64,000 nt of DNA, from assembly GCA_041649175.1 (NCBI GenBank), contig JBAZNR010000001.1, positions 386,332-450,331 of the forward strand. The letters are read 5' to 3'. Positions 59,927 through 64,000 of this stretch are shown here, piece by piece. Origin of the DNA: Candidatus Omnitrophota bacterium. GTDB lineage: Bacteria; Omnitrophota; Gorgyraeia; Zapsychrales; JBAZNR01. Numbering within the stretch: position 1 is the stretch's first letter; the number at the start of each line of letters is the position of its first letter. The notes beneath the pieces were generated by a model. It saw only the letters and a program-made list of their open reading frames with translations, searched no databases and was not told the DNA's origin. Made by a program: the position numbers and the translations under genes.

Positions 59927-62092
59927 TTAAGTGTGAATTAGGAAAATTTCTTTTTTAAGAGGAATACCGCGCATCACCAGCTCATTATAACAAGCAGGCG
60001 TATAGCCGGTGGGCCGGTAATGGCCTAAAACTTTTCCGTCTTCACTCATACCGGTTTGCTCAAATAAAAAGACGTCTTTTAGATCAAGCTGGGTCGCATC
60101 TAACATTCCGACCACTTCGGTAATTCCGGTAATTTTTCTTGTCCCGTCGGAAAAACGGGCAATGTGGACAACAATGTCAATGGCGGTGGCGATCATTTCA
60201 TACATGGCGCGAAGGGGGAGTTCAATGCCGCTTAAAAGCATCATGGCACTCATGCGAATAAGAACATCGCGGGTAGAGTTGGCATGCAATGTAGTCAGTG
60301 ATCCGTCGTGGCCGGTATTCATCGCTTGAAGCATATCCAAAATTTCCGGCCCACGGCATTCTCCAATAATAATACGGTCGGGACGCATACGCAGCGTATT
60401 AATGAACAGGTCACGAATAGTGATCTCACCTTTGCCTTCTACGTTCGACGGCCGAGACTCCAAACGGCCCCAATGGCGCTGTTTGAGTTTTAACTCGGCG
60501 GCATCTTCAATGGTGATGATGCGTTCTCCCTCGGGAATAAAAGAAGAAATAACATTTAAAAGGGTGGTTTTTCCGGCACCGGTCCCTCCGGAAACGATAA
60601 TATTTTTTCGCCCCACAACACAGGCATTAAGAAAATCCGCCATGGATTGCGACATGCTGTCAAAACGTTTTAAGAGATCTTCAATGGTGTAACGTTCTTG
60701 GCCGAATTTTCTGATGGTCACCATCGGGCCGTTCAAAGCCAAAGGCGGGATGATCGCGTTAATACGCGACCCGTCGGGAAGACGAGCGTCGACCATCGGG
60801 ACCGATTCATCAATGCGCCGGCCTAAAGGAGCGATGATCCTTTCAATAATGGCGCGAACCTGCTCATTGGAAATAAATTTCTTATTGGTTAAGATCATCT
60901 TGCCGTTTTTTTCAATATAAATTTCATCTTTGCTGTTGACCATAATATCGTTAACATCCGCATCCGCTAGAAGGTCTTCCAGGGCGCCTAACCCTAAAGC
61001 CTCGTCGGCAATTTCTTTGACCAAGCGGGTTCTTTCTTCGTGAGAGGAAATAATAGCCCCGGCTTCTTGGGTTAAAAGATCCCCGATGATCTTTTCGGTG
61101 GTGGCACGCAGCGCTGGCGCCCGGCGAGGATCGCTTAAAGATTCGACGCTGATCTGTTGAAGATTTAATTTTTCTATTAATCGTTCATGGATTTTCTTTT
61201 TTAATTTAATAATGTCATCATCTTCATCCACCTGGGCCATAAAATCTTGGCCTTGGATGATTTTTTCGGTCAGCCCGAATTTATCCCAAAATCCGGCGGG
61301 CTTGGGCAGATCAGCGGTGGTGCGTAATTTGGCGATTTCCGTTCCCTGGACAAATAGATCTTCTTTGCTTAATTCTGCGGCGATCTTTTTAAATGCTTCC
61401 GCAACGGCACTGCGCGGGCTGTCCATCACGCATGGAACCCCGCGGTTTAAGGCCATACCGACCACTTTTCCGTCGGAAGGGACATGGGCAAAGATCTCAC
61501 AGGGAAGAGCCATGCGCACTTCCTGCCAGGCAACGCCTCCGCGGCTTTCCGAACGGTTCAAGATCATCTTGACCATCTTGAGCGGAAAATGCAGGCTTTG
61601 GAGAACATCCAAGCTCCAGCGTGTTTGATAAACTGCTAAAATATCCGGGGTGGCCACCAGCATGATCAAATTGGAATGGTCAAAAACGGTGATGAGCGTT
61701 TCGCTAAAGGCTTTTCCGACGTCAATGACCACATAATCATAAAAAGCGGCAGCGGCTTTTAAAAACGGCTTGATATTGTCGGGCGTGATATGGCCAACTT
61801 GCTTGGTGTGGGCAACCGCCGGAATAAAATCTAATCCAGACGTGTGCGTGGTGACATATTTCTTGATAACATTTTCCTGGCCAGGTTTTTCCAGTTCGCC
61901 TAAAACATCGACCATGGCGTGGCGTGGCGCGACATTGAGCATGCGCGCCATATCCTGGCCGGCCTGAAAATCCATATCGACCAGTAAGACCTTTTGGCCC
62001 GTCAAAGCCAGCGCTACGGAAACATTCACCGAAATAAATGTTTTTCCGACGCCGCCTTTGTTGCTAAAAACAGAAATTGTTTTGGATTTCAT
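59927..62092 (-). CDS. Fusion ATPase with an N-terminal MinD/ParA-like domain (TadZ/CpaE-like) joined to a CpaF/TadA (VirB11-family) secretion ATPase
   Basis: The N-terminus has a deviant Walker A, SNKGGVGKTF. The C-terminal half has the Walker A GGTGAGKTT and the family motif IIGECRG, plus other conserved CpaF blocks. Confidence 0.85.
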   Translation of the reverse strand: MKSKTISVFSNKGGVGKTFISVNVSVALALTGQKVLLVDMDFQAGQDMARMLNVAPRHAMVDVLGELEKPGQENVIKKYVTTHTSGLDFIPAVAHTKQVGHITPDNIKPFLKAAAAFYDYVVIDVGKAFSETLITVFDHSNLIMLVATPDILAVYQTRWSLDVLQSLHFPLKMVKMILNRSESRGGVAWQEVRMALPCEIFAHVPSDGKVVGMALNRGVPCVMDSPRSAVAEAFKKIAAELSKEDLFVQGTEIAKLRTTADLPKPAGFWDKFGLTEKIIQGQDFMAQVDEDDDIIKLKKKIHERLIEKLNLQQISVESLSDPRRAPALRATTEKIIGDLLTQEAGAIISSHEERTRLVKEIADEALGLGALEDLLADADVNDIMVNSKDEIYIEKNGKMILTNKKFISNEQVRAIIERIIAPLGRRIDESVPMVDARLPDGSRINAIIPPLALNGPMVTIRKFGQERYTIEDLLKRFDSMSQSMADFLNACVVGRKNIIVSGGTGAGKTTLLNVISSFIPEGERIITIEDAAELKLKQRHWGRLESRPSNVEGKGEITIRDLFINTLRMRPDRIIIGECRGPEILDMLQAMNTGHDGSLTTLHANSTRDVLIRMSAMMLLSGIELPLRAMYEMIATAIDIVVHIARFSDGTRKITGITEVVGMLDATQLDLKDVFLFEQTGMSEDGKVLGHYRPTGYTPACYNELVMRGIPLKKEIFLIHT

Positions 62093-62100
62093 CTGTGTAT

Positions 62101-63720
62101 TTAAGATCTATCTAAATTATAAACGATCGGTATCGTCACCGTGATATCTTGCAGATTTAGCTCGGAGGGAAAAACCGTATAAGGCGCTAAGTTTTTAGCC
62201 GCGTTAACAGCGTCGCGGTCAAAAATATCATAACCGGAAGATTCCTGAACAGAGGCTGACGCGAGTGTTCCGTCTTTGAGGATATGCAGCATCAGCTTAA
62301 CCGTTCCTTCCCAGCCATATTGCCGGGCTTTTTCCGGGTAAACAACCGATTGGGCGATCTTTTCTTGGATCGAGCGCACATACGGGATGAGTTCTTGTGG
62401 GATAAATGTTTTTGCCGACGCGGCCGACGGAGAAACCAAAGCCGATGTTACGTTTTGATCCGCCTTTTTTTCATTAGGCACGCTAAAATCTTCCGTGGTC
62501 ACGGTTTGTTCGGCGGCGGCTCTTTTATGATGCGTTAAGATCGTCGGCGTTAAGCTGATGACAAGTTCTGTTTCTTTATTTGGCGTTTTATTGGTTGTGC
62601 GAAATAAAGCTCCTAAGACCGGGACATCGCTAAAAATGGGAATGCGCTTAATGGTCTCTCCGTTATCATATTTGATAAGCCCGGCTAAAATAACCGTTTG
62701 CCCGTTTTCCAAATACAATTGGGTTTGAGCGGTGCGCGTGGTAAAGGCCACATTATTCCCGACGGCATTGGTCGAGTCAATATCGCTGACTTCCAATTTT
62801 AATTCAACGTCGATCTTTTCGTCTTTGATGGTCGGCTTAACGGTTAAGTTAACGCCGTAATCTTTGTACTGCAAGTTTTCTTGAACATTCCCGCCGGAAG
62901 AAGTTGTCGTCGTTGAAACCGGGATTTGTCCTCCTACTAAAAAGCTGGCTTCTTTACCGCTGACGCAAACTAATTTTGGCTTAGATAAAATGCGGCCCTT
63001 GCCTTCGGTAATCAAGGCATTAATAGTGCCTAAAATTTGTGTGGTACGGCTAAATTCTCCCACGCGAAAAACATCTTTGATCTTATCAATTTTCCCCGAC
63101 GGCAACGCTTCGGTAAAGGTCAAAGCGCTGGTCCATTCAATGCCCATATTTTTAGTATAGCTAGAGGTCAATTCCGAGATCTGCGCGTCTATCTGCACTA
63201 AATCATTGATATCTTCTTCTTTGGTCAAATTAAGAATGCTTTCCGAAAAACGCTCCAAGACTTTATCTAAACTTTCTTTCTTGTCCGAACCGATCGTTCC
63301 CGAAACCATCACTTTTCCTTCGAGTTGGTTCACTTCGGTATAAATTCCGGAAATATTGGACTCAGCTAAAAGTTCTTGCATGCGGGTTTTTATAAGATTG
63401 AGGTCTTCTCCGACAACGCGCAAGACCAAAGAACGTTTGCCGTAGCTATCCCAAATAAAAAGCAATGTTTTACCGGGCTGTTTGGCGATCATCAAGATAT
63501 GATCATCCTCAGCTTTAACAACATCCGCGACGTTAGGATCGGTGATAGAAACACGCGTGAGGCTGTACGTTTTGATGGTTTCGAGTTCTCCGACGACCAT
63601 TTGAATCTCTTCTTCTACCATGGAATCAAAGATGGCTTTGTTGCTATCAGCAGCCAAAAGGAAGGAGGCAGAGAAAAATCCACCGACTATCAAAGCTAAA
63701 AATAAAAATTTTTTCATCAT
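62101..63720 (-). CDS. Tad secretin (CpaC/RcpA-like) with a C-terminal TonB-C-like domain
   Basis: There is a signal peptide MMKKFLFLALIVGGFFSASFLLAAD. Secretin-core blocks are present (...ILSKPKLVCVSGKEASFLVGGQIPV...YKDYGVNLTVKPTI...IPIFSDVPVLGALF). The C-terminus, YPEKARQYGWEGTVKLMLHILKDGTLASASVQESSGYDIFDRDAVNAAKNLAPYTVFP, matches the TonB_C pattern YP..A...G.EG.V...F.I..DG.V....V..SSG...LD.AA..A......F.P. Confidence 0.85.
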   Translation of the reverse strand: MMKKFLFLALIVGGFFSASFLLAADSNKAIFDSMVEEEIQMVVGELETIKTYSLTRVSITDPNVADVVKAEDDHILMIAKQPGKTLLFIWDSYGKRSLVLRVVGEDLNLIKTRMQELLAESNISGIYTEVNQLEGKVMVSGTIGSDKKESLDKVLERFSESILNLTKEEDINDLVQIDAQISELTSSYTKNMGIEWTSALTFTEALPSGKIDKIKDVFRVGEFSRTTQILGTINALITEGKGRILSKPKLVCVSGKEASFLVGGQIPVSTTTTSSGGNVQENLQYKDYGVNLTVKPTIKDEKIDVELKLEVSDIDSTNAVGNNVAFTTRTAQTQLYLENGQTVILAGLIKYDNGETIKRIPIFSDVPVLGALFRTTNKTPNKETELVISLTPTILTHHKRAAAEQTVTTEDFSVPNEKKADQNVTSALVSPSAASAKTFIPQELIPYVRSIQEKIAQSVVYPEKARQYGWEGTVKLMLHILKDGTLASASVQESSGYDIFDRDAVNAAKNLAPYTVFPSELNLQDITVTIPIVYNLDRS

Positions 63721-63755
63721 TTAATAATTCTAGTCATATTCAAGTTGAAGCGTTT

Positions 63756-64000
63756 TTATTGTCCGCCGCGGAAGATCTCGACCGGTTTTGATTCTTCCTT
63801 AACGGGTTTATCTTGGTCCGCGTCTTTCCCGATCTTAAGATCGAGGCCTTGGGTCGTTTTAAGATAATTTGATAAAGAATCCCAGGATGCCGTCGGTAAT
63901 TGATAGGACTCGCTTTCACCGGGCTGGCGCAAAACAAGCTGTAATTTTCCGTGCTGTTCAGCAAAGGCCAGAAGGTTCGCCTCATCAGGATTTAAAGCAA
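63756..64000 (-). CDS. 3' end of an upstream gene (C-terminal 81 aa), positionally a CpaB/RcpC-like pilus assembly protein
   Basis: The frame ending in TAA at 63,756-63,758 translates to ...ALNPDEANLLAFAEQHGKLQLVLRQPGESESYQLPTASWDSLSNYLKTTQGLDLKIGKDADQDKPVKEESKPVEIFRGGQ*. This is preferred over the listed ORF 63740..63985, which is basic and low-complexity. The CpaB assignment rests on position only. Confidence 0.4.
   Translation of the reverse strand, partial: ALNPDEANLLAFAEQHGKLQLVLRQPGESESYQLPTASWDSLSNYLKTTQGLDLKIGKDADQDKPVKEESKPVEIFRGGQ

Noticed and set aside
63740-63985. Listed ORF 63740..63985(-) of 81 aa
   Set aside because: Its translation is basic and low-complexity. A different frame on the same strand, with a stop at 63,756-63,758, reads as a well-formed protein C-terminus. 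I take that frame instead as the 3' end of a gene entering from beyond the window.

Overview
The window has two parts. Positions 1..44,965 appear to be one giant minus-strand gene (start ATG at 44,965, ending beyond position 1). It is not in the ORF track. I translated it by hand at more than 12 spots and the same reading frame (codon low position = 2 mod 3) is open and protein-like everywhere except one short stretch near 10 kb. Supporting this, all 24 minus-strand ORFs listed between 1 and 45,224 lie in the other two frames and none in this one. The stretch between start and stop is therefore at least 14,900 codons and continues out of the window. The protein is a mosaic: an N-terminal membrane anchor with a C39-like cysteine peptidase, a transglutaminase-like Cys/His/Asp core, a Rossmann-type domain, an M50-like HExxH domain set in hydrophobic segments, a canonical M23 peptidoglycan-peptidase domain, a long multi-pass membrane region, and tandem nucleotidyl-transferase-like modules at the left edge. 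Near 9.9-10.1 kb the frame is broken by what looks like a compensating +1/-1 indel pair in homopolymers.

The right third (45.9-64 kb) is a compact minus-strand tad/Flp pilus locus. Reading from high to low coordinates it holds a partial CpaB-like gene, a secretin with a fused TonB-C-like tail, a MinD/ParA-like + CpaF-type ATPase fusion, and a DUF192 protein. Next comes an 827-aa HTH protein with a perfect PE tandem repeat and its own terminator. Then there are seven tandem Flp-type pilin paralogues (two with poly-Gly tails) and four TadE/TadG-like pseudopilins, three of them unusually large and Cys/Asp-rich, followed by tadB and tadC. A MITE-like repeat of about 100-130 bp fills three operon-internal intergenic spacers. 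The 940-bp spacer between tadC and the giant gene is AT-rich and full of repeats and hairpins. No rRNA, tRNA or CRISPR array was found. A giant, multi-protease, cell-wall-hydrolase protein next to a tad pilus locus resembles the giant-gene loci reported in Omnitrophota-like predatory or episymbiotic bacteria. That taxonomic link is inference only.
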